This document shows positions 15,136-31,200 of a stretch of DNA of 64,000 nucleotides, one piece after another. The stretch is from the human T2T-CHM13v2.0 reference genome, Homo sapiens. The notes beneath the pieces were generated by a model. The model saw only the letters and a list, made by a program, of their open reading frames with translations. It did no database searches and was not told the DNA's origin. Numbering within the stretch: the first letter of the stretch is position 1; each line of letters begins with the position of its first letter. The DNA is taken from the NCBI RefSeq assembly GCF_009914755.1, contig NC_060938.1; one strand, written 5' to 3'. The position numbers were made by a program, and so were the translations under genes.

Positions 15136-18100
15136 TCAAAAGCAAAAAATGAAACACCAAGGTATACAGGCAACAAATAGCATGATAAACGCGATGGTAC
15201 CTCACATCTCAATATTAACATTGAACGCAAATGGCCTAAATGCTCCACTTAAAAGATACAGAACTGCAGAATGGATAAGAATTCACCAACCAACCATCTG
15301 CTGCTTTCAAGAGACTCACCTAACACATAAGGACTCACATAAACTTAAAGTAAAGGGGTGGAAAAAGGCATTTCACGCAAATTGACACCAAAAGTGAGCA
15401 GAAGTAGCTATTCTTATATCAGACAAAACAAACTTTAAAGCAACAGCAGTTTAAAAAGACATTTTTTTAAAAAGCAGTTAAAAAGAGGGACATTATATAA
15501 TGGTAAAGGAAGGACAAGGTTCCTTGTCCAACAGGAAAATATCACAATCCTAAACATACATGCACCTAACTAACACTGGAGTTCCCAAATTAATAAAACA
15601 ATTACTAATATGCCTAAGAAATGAGACAGACAGCAACACAATAATAGTGGGGGACTTTAATACTCCATTGACAGCACTAGACAGGTAATCAATATAGAAA
15701 GTCAAAACAGAAACAATGGATTTTAAACTATACCTTGGAATACATGGACTTAACAGATTTATACAGAACATTCCATCCTACAACTACAAAATACACATTC
15801 TATTCAACAGCTCATGGAACTTTCTCCAAGGTAGACCATGTGATAGGCCACAAAATGAGCCTCAATAAATTTCAGAAAATTGAAGTTATATCAAGCACTC
15901 TCTCAGACCACAGTGGAATAAAACTGGAAATCAACTCCAAAAGGAATCTTCAAAACCATGCCAACACAGGGAAATTGAATAACCTGCTCCTGAATGATCA
16001 CTGGGTCAAAAACAAAATCAAGATGGGAATTAAAAAATTATTTGAACTGAACAACAATAGTGATAAAACCTATCAAAATTTCTGAGATAAAGCAAAGGCA
16101 TTGCTAAGAGGAAAGTTCATAGCCCTAAACACCTACATCAAAAAGACTGAAAAAACACAAACTGACATTCTAAGGTCACACCCCAAGGAACTAGAGAAAC
16201 AAGAACAAACCAAACCCAAACCCAGCAGAAGAAAGGAAATAACCAGGATCAGAGCAGAATTAAATGAAATTGAAACAAAAAAAATACAAAAGATAAATGA
16301 AAAAAAAAAAGCTGGTTCTTTGAAAAGATAAATAAAATTGATAGACCATTAGCAAGATTAACCAAGAAAAGAAGGGAGAAAATCTAAACAAGTTCGATAA
16401 GAAATGAAACGGGAGTTATTACAACTGACACCACAGAAATGCAAAAGATCATTCAAGGCTACTATAAACACCTTTATGCACATAAACTAGAAATCCTAGA
16501 AAAGATGGATAAATTCCTGGAAAAACACAACCCACCTAGCTTAAATCAGGAAGAATGAGATACCCTGAACAGACCAATAACAAGCAGCAAGATTGAAAGA
16601 GTAATTTAAAAATTACCAACCAAAAAAATGTCCAGAACCAGATGGATTCACAGCAGAATACTACCAGACATTCAAAGAAGAATTTGTACCAATCCTATTG
16701 ACACTATTCCACAAGATAGAGAAAGAGAAAAGTCTGGAGCATTTAGGATTTTAGCATGTATGAATCATTCTAAATCATTCTATGAAGCCAGTATCACCCT
16801 AATACCAAAACCAGGAAGGGACGTAACCAAAAAAGAAAACTATAGACCAAGATCCCTGATGAACATAGATGCTAAAATCCTTGACAAAATAGTAGCTAAC
16901 CAAATCCAACAACATATCAAAAAGATAATCCACCATGATCAAGTGGGTTTCATACCAGGGATGTAAGGATGGTTTAACATATGCAAGCCAGTAAATGTGA
17001 TACACCACATAAACAGAATTAAAAACAAAAATCACATGATCATCTCAATACATGCAAAAAAAGCATTCAGTGAAATCCAGCATCTCTTTATGATTAAAAC
17101 TCTCAGCAAAATCGGCATACAAGGAACATAACTCAAAATAATAAAAGCCATCTATGACAAACCCACAGCCAACATAATACTGAATGAGGAAAAGTTGAAA
17201 GCATTCCCTCTGAGAACTGGAACAAAACAAAGATGCCCATTCTCACCAGTCAACATAGCACTGGAAGTTCTAGCCAGAGCAATCAGACGAGAGAAAGAAA
17301 TTAAGGACATCCAAAGTAGTAAAGAGGAAGCCAAACTGTTGCTGTTTGATGACAATATGATGGTGGTATGGATGTGGTGATCAGGGAACACTTCTACACT
17401 GCTGGTGGGAAAGAAAACTAGTACAACCACTATGGAAAACAGTGTGGAGATTCCTTAAAGAACTAAAAGTAGAACTACCATTTGATCCAGCAATCCCACT
17501 ACTGGGTATCTACCCAGAGGAAAAGAAGTCACTAATAGAAAAAGATACTTGCACATGCATGTTTATAGCAGCACAATTTGCAATTGCAAAATCTCAAAAA
17601 CTCTAAAGACTCCTCCAGAAAGCTCCTAGAACTGATAGAAGAATTCAGCACAGTTTCTGGATACAAGATTAATATACAGAAATTGGTAGCTCTTCACCAA
17701 CAGCGACCAAGCTGAGAATCAAATCAAGAACTCAACCCCTTTTACAATAGCTGCAAAAAAAAATAAAATACTTAGGAATATACCTAACAAAGCAAGCAAG
17801 AGACCTCTACAAGGAAAACTACAAAACACTGCGGAAAGAAATATAGACAACTCAAACAAATGAAAACACATCCCATGCTCATGGATGGGTAGAATCAATA
17901 TTGTGAAAAAGACCATACTGCCAAAAGCAATCTACAAATTCAACACAATCCTAAAAAAAACCACCATCATTCTTCACAGAATAAGAAAAAACAATTCTAA
18001 AATTCAAATGGAATCAAAAAAAGAGCCTGCATAGCCAAAGCAAGGCTAAGCAAAAGAACAAATCTGGAGGCATCACATTACCTGATTTCAAACTATACTA

Positions 18101-19133
18101 TAAGGCCATAGTCACCAAAACAGCATGGTACTGGTGTAAAAATATGCACATAGTCCAATGGAATAGACTAGAGAACTCAAAGATAAGCCCAAATACTTAC
18201 AGCCAACTGATCTTCAACAAAGCAAGCAATAACATAAAGTGAGGAAAGGACACCCTTTTCAACAAATTGTGCTGGGATAATTGGCTAGCCACATGTAGGA
18301 GAATAAAACTGGATCCTCATCCCTCACCTTATGCAAAAATCAACTCAAGATGGATTAAGGATTTAAACCTAAGAACTGAAACTATAAAAATTCTAGAAGA
18401 TAACATTGGAAAAAACCTTCTAGACATTGGCTTAGGCAAGGATTTCATAACCAAGAACCCAAAAGCAAATGCAATAAAAACAAAGATAAATAGCTGGGAC
18501 TTAATTAAATTAAAGAGCTTTTGCATGGCAAAAGGAACAGTCAGCAGAGTAAACAAACAACCAACAGAGTGGGGGAAAATCTTCACAATCTGTATATCTG
18601 ATGAAGGACTAATAACCAGAATCTACAATGACCTCAAACAAATCAGTAAGAAAAAAAAATCACATCAAAAAGTGGTCTGAGGACATGAATAAACAATTCT
18701 CAAAAGAAGATATACAAATGGCCAAAAAACATATGAAAAAATGCTCAACATCATTAATGATCATGATCAGAGAAATGCAAATCAAAACCACAATGTGATA
18801 CCACCTGACTCCTGCAAGAATGGCCATAATCAAAAAATAAAAAAACACTAGCTGCTGGCATGGATGTAGTGATTAGGGAACACTTCTACACTGCTGGTGG
18901 GAAAGTAAACCAGTACAACCACTATGGAAAACAGTGTGGAGATTCCTTAAAGAACTAAAAGTAGAACTACCATTTGATCCAGCAATCCCACTACTGGGTA
19001 TCTACCCAGAGGAAAAGAAGTCACTAATAGAAAAAGATACTTTCACATGCATGTTTATAGCAGCACAATTTGCAATTGCAAAATCGAGGAACCAACCCAA
19101 ATGCCCATCAAAAAATGAGTGGATAAAGAAACT

Positions 19134-19212
19134 GTATATATATGTGAATATATATATATGTGAATATACATATATATGTGAATATATATATATGTGAATA
19201 TATATATATATG
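19134..19212 (+). repeat. (TA)-rich repeat with tatatatatgtgaa units in the L1PB 3' region
   Basis: Directly visible tandem units. Confidence 0.9.
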
Positions 19213-19741
19213 ATGGAATACTACTCAGCCATAAAAAGGAATGAATTAATGGTATTTGCAGAAACCTGGATGAGATTGGAGACTGTTATTCCAAGTAACT
19301 CAGGAATGGAAAACCAAACATTGTATGTTCTCACTGATATGTGGGAGCTAAGCTATGAGGAAACAAAGGCATAAGAATAATACAATGGACTTTGGGGACT
19401 TGGAGGGAAGGGTGGGAGGGGGTGAGGGATAAAAGACTACAAATAGGGTGCAGTGTGTACTGCTTGGGTGGTGGGTACACCAAAATCTCACAAATCACCA
19501 CTAAACAACTTACTTATGTAACAAAACACCACCTGTACCCCAATAACTTATGCAAAAATAAAAAATAAAAAAAAGTGGGCAAAGGGCATGAACAGACACT
19601 TCTCAAAAGAAGACATACAAGCAGCCAACAGACGTGAAAAATTTTCAGCATTACTAATAGTCAGAGAAATGCAACTCAAAACCACAATGGGATGCCATCT
19701 CACACCAGTCAGAATGGCTTTTGTTAAAAAGTCAAAAAATA

Positions 19742-20037
19742 GGCCGGGCGCGATGGCTCACACCTGTAATCCCAGCACTTTGGGAGGCCAAGGCAGGTGG
19801 ATCATGAGGTCAGGAGATCGAGACCATCCTGGCTAACACAGTGAAACCCCCGTCTCCACTAAAAATACAAAAAATTAGCCGGGCGTGGTGGCGGGTGCCT
19901 GTAGTCCCAGCTACTCAGGAGGCTAAGGAAGGAGAATGGTGTGAACCTGGGAGGCAGAGCTTGCAGTAAGCCGAGACCGTCCCACTGCACTCCAGCCTGG
20001 GCGACAGAGTGAGACTCCGTCTCAAAAAAAAGAAAAA
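19742..20037 (+). mobile_element. AluY
   Basis: Diagnostic gagatcgagaccatcctggctaac and gagcttgcag; 16-bp TSD aaaaagtcaaaaaata at 19726-19741 and 20038-20053. Confidence 0.95.
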
Positions 20038-20967
20038 AAAAAGTCAAAAAATAACATACGTCGGTGAGCTGTGGAGAAAAGGGGACATTTATACATTGCT
20101 GGTGGGGATGTAAATTAGTTCAGCCACTGTGGAGAGCAGATTGGAGATTTCTCAGAGAACTAAGAATTGAACTATCATTCGACCCAGCAATCCCATTACT
20201 GGGTATACACCCAAAGGAAAATAAATTGTTCTACCAAAAGAATACAGACACTCTTATGTTCATTTGCAGCGCTATTCACAATAGCAAAGACATGGAATCA
20301 ACCCAGGTGCCCATTAACAGTGGACTGGATAAAGAAAATTTGACATATGTACTATGGAATACTATACATCATAAAAAAGAACAAAATCATGTCCTTTGCA
20401 GCAACATGTATACAGCTGAAGGCCATTATCCTAAGTGAACTATCACAGAAACAGAAAACCAAATATCTCATATTCTCACTTGTAAGTGGAAGCTAAACAC
20501 TGGGTACACAGGGATACAAAGATGGGAACAATAAACAGTGAAGATTACTAGCAGGAGGAAAGAGGGATAGGGACAAAGGCTGAAAACTGCCTATTGGGTA
20601 CTATACTCACTACCTGGTGACAGGATCATTAGTACCCCAAACCTCAGGATGTCTCTGTAACAATCCTGCACATGTACCCCCAACTCTAAAATAAAAGTTG
20701 AAAAAGTAAAAAAAAAAAAAACAATTTGTCAGAAGTCACACAGCTCCTAGAATTTAGATTCTAGGCTTTTGATTCAAATCCAGGATTTGGCACTGGCCAC
20801 TTAGCTCCAGAGTCCATGCTCTTAAGCCCCAGGCCACACAGCCCAAGTTGAGACTTTTAGAGAAGTCTGCTATTTCATTGCTGAACTACATAGCATAATT
20901 GATGACAGGTATACACAGGCTACAAAAAAAAAAAAAAGAGAGAGATTCCTTTGTTGTATTATAGTGA

Positions 20968-21285
<318 letters not shown>

Positions 21286-21666
21286 TTATGAGTGTTTCTT
21301 AGCTCCCTCAGTAGAATACCTGGAGTCCAGACTCCTTTAAGGCTAATTGCATGCTGATTCCAATCTTATATCCCACTTAGAATAGTACTTTGTGTAATAG
21401 AGGATTTAGCAAATGTACCAAGTCCACTATGTTATACAATACCACAAAGATCCCCCAGAGAGTGATGTAATGTGCTTCAGACTTGTCATATGGCAGCTGC
21501 TATGGAACAGTAAACTTCTAATTGTGTCAATAAATAGCATGGATGAGATATGCCAAGCACCATTCCAACCAACACAAGCAGTGGTCTGGGAACAGTGCTG
21601 CAAAGATGGCAAGGTGCTGTGTCCAAAGATCTCACAGAGTCAAACATAGGTAATTGTACACATTTT

Positions 21667-21992
<326 letters not shown>

Positions 21993-22129
21993 TGCACACA
22001 TTTTTGTGCAAAAGAAATTACCTCTGCTTCTTCCCAAAAGCCTGAAATACAAAAGTAAAGGAATGAACACTAATAAACCCAAAATCATAAGAAGCTCAGT
22101 AAAGGAAATGATGTTAAATGTTAATTAAT

Positions 22130-22510
22130 TTTGGAAGATGGTAAATAAATGGGCAAGGAATTTGGGGGAATAAGAGACAAAGTCTACCTCATAGGTAGGG
22201 TGTGGCACAGGGCTAATAGAAGACTTTTTCGGATTCTTCATCAATAGTAGTAGAGTCCCAGGTCACCTCCTCCCAACAAACACAAGATAGGCAGAAGACA
22301 AGTTTACTTCTGGAGAGGCCGAACTGGAGGTGCCCTGTGCTCCAGGCACAGCTGAGGGCAGCACTGAGGTAAAATTAAAACCGAGGAACAAAGTAAAAGT
22401 CTACATACTGAATAAACAAGAACCCCACCCCTTTCTCTCATTCGGCTCTGAGAATATAGGCTTATATTCCTCAAAAAGAAGATCAGAAAATTCCTCTCCA
22501 AAGGAAGTCA
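22130..22510 (+). mobile_element. Possible ancient L1M 5'-region fragment
   Basis: Motifs agtttacttctggagag and aaagtctacatactgaat resemble old L1ME 5' sequence; recalled similarity only. Confidence 0.35.
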
Positions 22511-23160
22511 TCAGCCTCTTAGAAATAATTGTGGTACTAACTTCTTAAACTATTTAAAAAGATTTTTTTGCCATTTTACACACCCACACATAAATACATA
22601 CCAAAAAATTCTAAGCTCCTTAAAAACTAAATTTGTATCCTAGTCATATTTCCAGCCCATAAGACAGAGCTTTGCATGTAATAAATGCTCAGTAAATATT
22701 CATTGAACATAAATTTCAGCTGGAAAACTTCTAAGAATACAATATTTACTGCTATGCATCTAGACATGGAGTTCGATTCTTAACAGCCAAAAACTGTTCC
22801 CCCAAAACTTCCTAACTCCAACTAAAAACCGAAACCAAAGTGGCCAAGAGTATTTGTTGTGCTCAGGGTGAATATATAACACAACCTCTTCTCTCTGCTT
22901 CCTCCAGTGTGGTGTTCAGAAGCCCACTGTGTAAACTTAGATGAGATTATAGCACTGATCTTCATAATCAAAGATGGTGGTTTGATGATTGGTGCCCACA
23001 CAATCTAAATAAATACATTGTATTTTCTATGGCCTATTTAGTAACATTATGATCACCTTATAAATGAAGTTTTAAGTTTGAAAACTTCTTAAAGTTGTTG
23101 AGATTTTTTTGATATGTTTTCTTTTCCTCAGAGTGAAACTCATTGCATTAGATTTTATTT

Positions 23161-23468
23161 ATTTATTTATTTATGTATTTATTTATTTGAGACAGTCTTG
23201 CTCTGTCGCCCAGGCTGGAGCGCAGTGGTGTGATCTCTGGTCACTGTAACTCCCGCCTCCTGGATTCAAGTGATTCTCCTGCCTTAGCCTTCCAAGTAGC
23301 TGGGATTACAGGCGCCCACCACCATGCCTAGCTAATTTTTGTATTTTTAGTAGAGATGGGGTTTCACCATGTTGGCCAGGCTGATCTCAAACTCCTGACC
23401 ACAAGTGAACCACCCACCTCGGCCTCCCCAAGTGCTGGGATTACAGATGTGAGCCACCATGCCTGGCC
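23161..23468 (-). mobile_element. AluSx/Sz-like
   Basis: Antisense Alu with (ATTT)n tail; TSD agat(t/a)ttattt. Confidence 0.93.
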
Positions 23469-25224
23469 AGATATTATTTTTTGTTAAAGAGGAAGGAATG
23501 GTAATTAAGCACTTAAAAATATAGAAAGTTTTATTACAAGATAAAAGTTGGAAAATATGCACTTTACTTCTATAATTTTTTAACATTCCCTAGCCCAGGC
23601 TACACTGATTTTATGCTGTCAGTTCTGGGAAGACATCTGTGGTATTCGTCACTATCCGTTAATATTAGCTGTTGATAAGTGTCACTAAGTGATTTTGAGG
23701 TTTTAAAAAGCAATTGGTGCCTTGGGAGTTTTCAGCAAGGCTGTGCACATACCAACAGTTGGCAACAGTTCAGGAATGGGGTGGCCAAGTCGCTGACCTT
23801 TTCTTTAAGCAAACAGGTACAGAAGAAGGAGAATGGCAATAAGGGGAAAAGGCAGAAGCAAGAATCATTTTTTTTTTTTGATAGATGAGATCAGCTTCAC
23901 TTAGAGAATAAACTTTTACATTATGATGCAAGGTTGGAAAACAGCAATTCTGAAACAAAGGGTGCGTTCAAGGAGGATGATTATACGTGATCCTCACAAC
24001 AGCCTTGCAGGGTAAGTATTTTCACCTCCACCGTAGAGATGACAAAAACAAATATCCAGAGAGTATGTCTCTGGTGGTGGACAGACCACCAGCGACCATC
24101 CTTAACACCTTCTTCCTCCATCCCGGCAGTGGGTGTGCCGTGGCCTCATTGAGACATCCTTCCCTTTGAGCAGTCAAGCAGGAACAGCTTCTCGGAGCTC
24201 TGCCTCCTTCTCCTGGCTCTGCACTGAGGATTTCACTTCTCTAGCAACCCTTGGATAAGCACTGCTCATCACTCCATATCCCTGAGTCAAGAATGGTGCA
24301 GGAGAGTTCTTACTCTATAATGCTTCTTCTCCTTTACATAAAAGTCACTCCTCTAGAGGACATGTCACTTTGTACACCACCCCTTGCTTTCCATAATGCC
24401 ATCATCTACCCACCTCCATGTCAGACCCATCAAAGAAGTCTTTGATATGAGGATCACTCTATTATTCCTTTCAACTGCTGGAAGAATGATGCAAAAAAGA
24501 CAGTGGATGTGACCCAAGTTCGCTTCGCTTCTACTTTGCCATTTTGCCTGTGGCTATAGCCCAAATATCACCCTGGATACCATTGAGAACCACCTGCAAC
24601 TTGGAGAGCTACCAGCTTTGGCACTGTATCCATTTGCTAATGACTGAGCTGTGCAATACTGAAGTATCTGGATTTAATTATATATCATTAATAGAAATTA
24701 CAGAAATTCAAATTTCTAGTATCCAGCAATATTTGGAAAGGCTAGAAGTATTTTTTCAACATTACCAGTAACCTTAAAATAATAAAAAGATGACTAGATT
24801 CAGACCATGACCCACTGCCTGAAATGCTACCATTTCAAGACCCAGGGAGGTGATTGAGCAGGGATTATAAATAATGATCAGCTGAAAGTAGCTAGGCAGC
24901 AGCAAGAGACAGTGGGGAGACTTCAAAGGCTGCCCTTCAATGGCAGCATCACCTCCCCACACCTCCAAATAGTCTCTATTCGGGACTCTGCCCCTGTGAT
25001 ATAATTGACTGCTGATAACCTAAAATATTATCCTTCCCTGGCCAATGTTTATAGTTAGGTTCTACGAAAATGTCTATATCTGCTTTTCGTAAACATCCTA
25101 GTGACCATACTCCTTATAAATCTGCAATTTATAATCTTCAGTTCTTAGCACGAAAATTTAAAAATAACTCCCTTCTTGAAAAAAATTCAAATCTCATGTA
25201 TACTATGGTCTTATAGTGGGGCTG

Positions 25225-25808
25225 GAGACTAACATTCGTGTTATCTATTCACACGCCGACATTTCTGCTTTCCTCACAATCCGTTATATATTAATATCTT
25301 CCCACACGAGTCATGTGGCTCAGTGGAAATTGACTCCATTCCAGCTCCAGGGATGGATTCTGATCAGTCTAAGTTGATCATGGTAATCCAATCCCCTTGG
25401 TTTAGGAATCCAAGCTTTAAAAAATCAACACGTGGCAGTGTTCCACAGCTGGTATCGATCCAGAGGTGAACACAAGATTTAAGTTGGTACAATCAAATTA
25501 TTCCATGATTGAGCATTTTCTCCCTCTGCAACTGGATGTGAACAAAGAAGCATGTGACCAGCATGCTGTTGAGATCCATCTGGCCACCATGCAGGAAGCC
25601 AGCTGAAGACCAGCCAACATATATAGGAAGGCAGAGTCGGGGAAAAAGATCACAGAGAAGCTGAGCCAGAGCCTTGATTATACTGTGCCTGGAGACAGCC
25701 TACCTTCAGACTTCCTGCTCCTAGAGTAGTAAATGTCCTCATGAATTAAGCTAGTTTGAACCAAGTGTTCTCTCACTTCTAGCTAAAAGCCTCCTGATTG
25801 GCACTACA
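25225..25808 (+). mobile_element. Old MaLR LTR (MLT1K/L-like)
   Basis: 3' motifs gactt...gtaaatgtcctc...ttaagctagtttgaa...ttctctcacttctagctaaaagc; boundaries approximate. Confidence 0.6.
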
Positions 25809-25864
25809 TATATGTTACAGATATTTTTGAATAAAGATAGTTATATATTTGAAGAAAACACCTG

Positions 25865-26197
<333 letters not shown>

Positions 26198-26900
26198 TTA
26201 ACCTCTAGTGAATGGCACTGGGATTAGTGGTGTGGGAGCCAATATTGACATGGGAGGAGTTTTATGTTTCATATTGTATGTCGCTACTCTTTTATTCTCA
26301 CAATAAGTATACACAACTTTTTAGTAATAATGGTTTTAAGGTAGCTGGATGAAGAGATTGACTAGTACATCTTTCAAGAATATCTCCATACCTCAATATT
26401 CTGACTTTCTTCTTTATTATTATTCTAAGAGGCTTGAAACCACCAATTATATAAGAAAAATCATAATAGACAAGGTTTATGGTGTCTACCTGGCCCAAGC
26501 ATCTGTTTACTGAGAAATAGCCTACTTTACTACTTTTCTCTCCCCACACCTCTGTCTCTCTCTCCTCTTCCCCACACCCCACCACACATACACAAACACA
26601 GACAGGCCCCACAAGCTACATTTCTACTATAGACCCTGCTGTCCTGGCCACAGCCTCTTAGCCTGGTAGTAGACACCTGACCAAAATATGCTTTCTGCCC
26701 TTGACTGAAAAGTTTGTCTTTCTGCTAATAATCAGGCAGAAAGAGAATTGTTTGGATCTCAGCAGCAGGGATTAGGTTAGACATAAAGAAAAATGATGGC
26801 TATGAGATACTTAATAATCTGTTATGAGATAATAATAATTTTATAATCACAGTATGTAATTCACTTCTAAGCTTTTTGTGTATTATGTGTTTCTCTTTAG

Positions 26901-27199
<299 letters not shown>

Positions 27200-27675
27200 T
27201 CTTTAGTTTCTAAAAGCACATGCCACCCTAACTTTGAATGCTTCCAATAAACTCCCTTCTTGCTTAAGGAACTAGAGATGTATTTCCAATAATTTCAATC
27301 AAGAGTCTTAAACTGCGACAAGTACGGAATTGAAGTTTAAGTGTTCAGTTATTACTTACTTCCATAGGCAATATTCAGATTTTTTTAAATGTCCAGAGAG
27401 AGGCACATCCACTGGAAGACCTAAGTAGAAGTGTCTGTTTGACTTGCCCAGGATGGTTGGCTTGCAGACCGTAGGCTACATATAGCTCCTCAATGCCAGA
27501 GTGATGAAGAAATGGCCATCTCAAATGATACAATATTGGGGCTAAAATAAACTAAAGATAACAGCACATATTTCATAAATTACTAAAAAGGAAAACCACA
27601 TTTTACCTTAGGTATGTTCTATACCCTGCTTTATTTCAAGAAAGACTTCAAGGAGGGTTATAAAAATGCATAACA

Positions 27676-27950
27676 GCTGGGTGCAGTGATTCATGCCTGT
27701 AATCCCAGCACTTTGGGAGGCCAAGCAGGTAGATCACTTGAGGTCAGGAGTTCGAGACCAGCCTGGCCAACATGGCGAAACCCTATCTCTACAACAATAC
27801 AAAAGTTAGCTGGGCGTGGTGGTGCACACCTGTAATCCCAGCTACTTGGGAGACTGAGACAGGAGAATTGCTTGAACCCAGGAGGCGGAGGCTGCAGTTA
27901 GCTGAGATCATGCCACTGCACTGGGTGACAGAGTGAGACCATGTTTCAAA
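27676..27950 (+). mobile_element. AluSz-like
   Basis: Dimeric Alu; 14-bp TSD aaaaatgcataaca at 27662-27675 and 27951-27964. Confidence 0.94.
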
Positions 27951-27967
27951 AAAAATGCATAACATAC

Positions 27968-28329
27968 TATGATGATTAATTTTACGTATCAACTGGACTG
28001 GACCACAGTATCCAGTTATTTGATCAAACTTATTTTAAATGTTTCTGTGAAGGTGTTTTTCATGTGAGATTAATATTTTAATCAGGAGACTTTGAGTAAA
28101 GCAGATTATTCTCCATATTATCGAGGGGCCTCATCCAGTTAGAATTTTTAATAGAAAAGACTGACTTCCCCAAAAAGGAGGGAATTCTGCCAGCAGAGTG
28201 TCTTCTCACTCAAACTGCAACACCAACACTTTCCTGGCTCTCCAGCCTGCTGGCCTACCCTGCAGATTTTGGACTTGTAAGGCTCCACAATTGTATGAGC
28301 CAATTCTTTAAAATAAATAGATGACAGAT

Positions 28330-28362
<33 letters not shown>

Positions 28363-28414
28363 CAGATAGATAGATACAAACATCTATTAGAGTTCTCTGG
28401 AAAACTCTAATAAA
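27968..28414 (+). mobile_element. MLT2-type ERVL solo LTR
   Basis: tatgatgattaattttacgtatcaactggactgg...gactttgagtaaagcagatt...gagccaattctttaaaataaat. Confidence 0.85.
28318..28376 (+). repeat. (GATA)n microsatellite
   Basis: Directly visible tagata/gata run. Confidence 0.95.
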
Positions 28415-28940
28415 AGTATCAAAGAATTTATGATAAAATCATAAAATGAGGATGGGGAAAAGATAATGCAGGGATAAAGTTTTCATCCAAGATGCATGCC
28501 ATAGATCTTGCACCCTTTTTAGATATGGGCCACAATTTTGACTCTGAGTTTCCTAGCAACCAACTCAAAAAAGTAAACCTAATTATATATATAATTTAAG
28601 AGTATCCATAAAATAAAAATATAGTTGACTTGAACAATGTGGAGGTGAGGGGTGCTGGCCATGAATGTAGTCAAAAGTCCACTTAACTACTAATAGCTAC
28701 TGTTGACTGGAAGCCTTACCTATAACATAAACAGTCAACTAACACATATTTTGTATGCTGCATATATTTATATACTGTATTCTTACAATAAGATAATCTA
28801 GAGAAAAGAAAATGTTAAGAAAATTATAAGTAAAAAATATACTTACATCATCTTCACACTGAGTAGGCTGAAGAGGAAGAGAAGGGGTTGTTGGTCTTGC
28901 TGTCTCAGGGGTGGCAAAGGCAGAAGCAAATTCATGTATA

Positions 28941-29811
<871 letters not shown>

Positions 29812-29825
29812 AAATTTATGTATAA

Positions 29826-30207
<382 letters not shown>

Positions 30208-31200
30208 TACAACTGATATTTTCTACTGTAAGACCCATAAAGAAGGGTTATGAGATCTGGTGAATAACGTCATCATATAAAGATAGACAAGTTCCTCAGA
30301 AACAAGAAACACTTTTGTGGGCTTATAACACATGTATATAGGAGGTACCCAGCACATAGTAGTTACCAGTAAATGATGATTGAAAGAATAATCAACCAGT
30401 TATCAAAATTTTGAATGACCAGTTGAATTAGCTATTTACATTTTTGGAGGACAAAATTTATTTCAGCCTTCACTAATAAGATTAACAAAATCAAGATTTC
30501 CACTGAAGTTTTTATATGAGATATGTTTTCACCACCAGGCTACCTCAATGCAGTAAAGGGACAGGAGCAACAAGCAATGCAATTTAGATCTTCCTTTGTC
30601 ATTTGTAAAGTTTTTCAAATGTTTCTAAAATATGAAAAAAAAATAACTGACTATAAAGTTTCTACCTCCACTAGCAAGAGAAGCAGGAAAACATTTAAAC
30701 CAGAGCAATATAACCTTAGCTTAGACATTGAGAGGAACTTTCTGGGCGCAGTTATGAGGTCTAGAAGCCATCCAAACTCCAGAATCCTACCCTTGATCAA
30801 TGGGGAGATAAGTTTTCTTCTTTGAGTTTCTTTTTAGCTCATAAAAACATTAGCTCCCATAATTCTCCCACCCAAACAATAATAATGAAAATTGCATTTT
30901 CCCTTGAATTTGAACTAAAGGTTATCCCAGAAGCAGCGTATAACATGATAGCAAATTATCAAAATAGGAACTGTTATTCAGATATTAGAAACATCCAGAC
31001 CATTCAAAACAAATGGATGTTTGATTTGTTAGCTATACTATATGAATGTTTTCCTGGAATGTTTTTCATTCAGTTATTTAATATAGTATAGATATAGTCC
31101 AGACTTTTATATTAGCTCTAGACCTGTCCATTGCACAGGGACAGTCTTTTACACTAACATGAAGTAAAGCACTATAAAAACATTAAAATTTTATTATACC

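Larger units (their letters stand above)
12431..19569 (+). mobile_element. Full-length L1PB1/L1PBa-type LINE-1, defective
   Basis: L1PB 5'UTR start atcatggtggacaggaggcagg; ORF1 about 13842-14779 and ORF2 about 15182-19351 remnants; 3' end cctgtaccccaataacttatg plus A tail; degenerate TSD aaaaacttggcaaatg (12415-12430) / aaaaagtgggcaaagg (19570-19585). Confidence 0.92.
12357..20721 (+). mobile_element. 5'-truncated old L1 (L1PA15/16-like); pieces 12357-12430, 19570-19741 and 20054-20721, split by the L1PB1 and an AluY
   Basis: L1 sequence taatatccagaatc...cattaaaaac continues as gtgggcaaagggcatgaacagacac at 19575; TSD ttgtcagaagtc at 12345-12356 and 20726-20737. Confidence 0.85.

Noticed and set aside
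22768-22780. ggagttcgattc, a tRNA T-loop/B-box-like motif
   Set aside because: No cloverleaf or A-box context found; a short chance match
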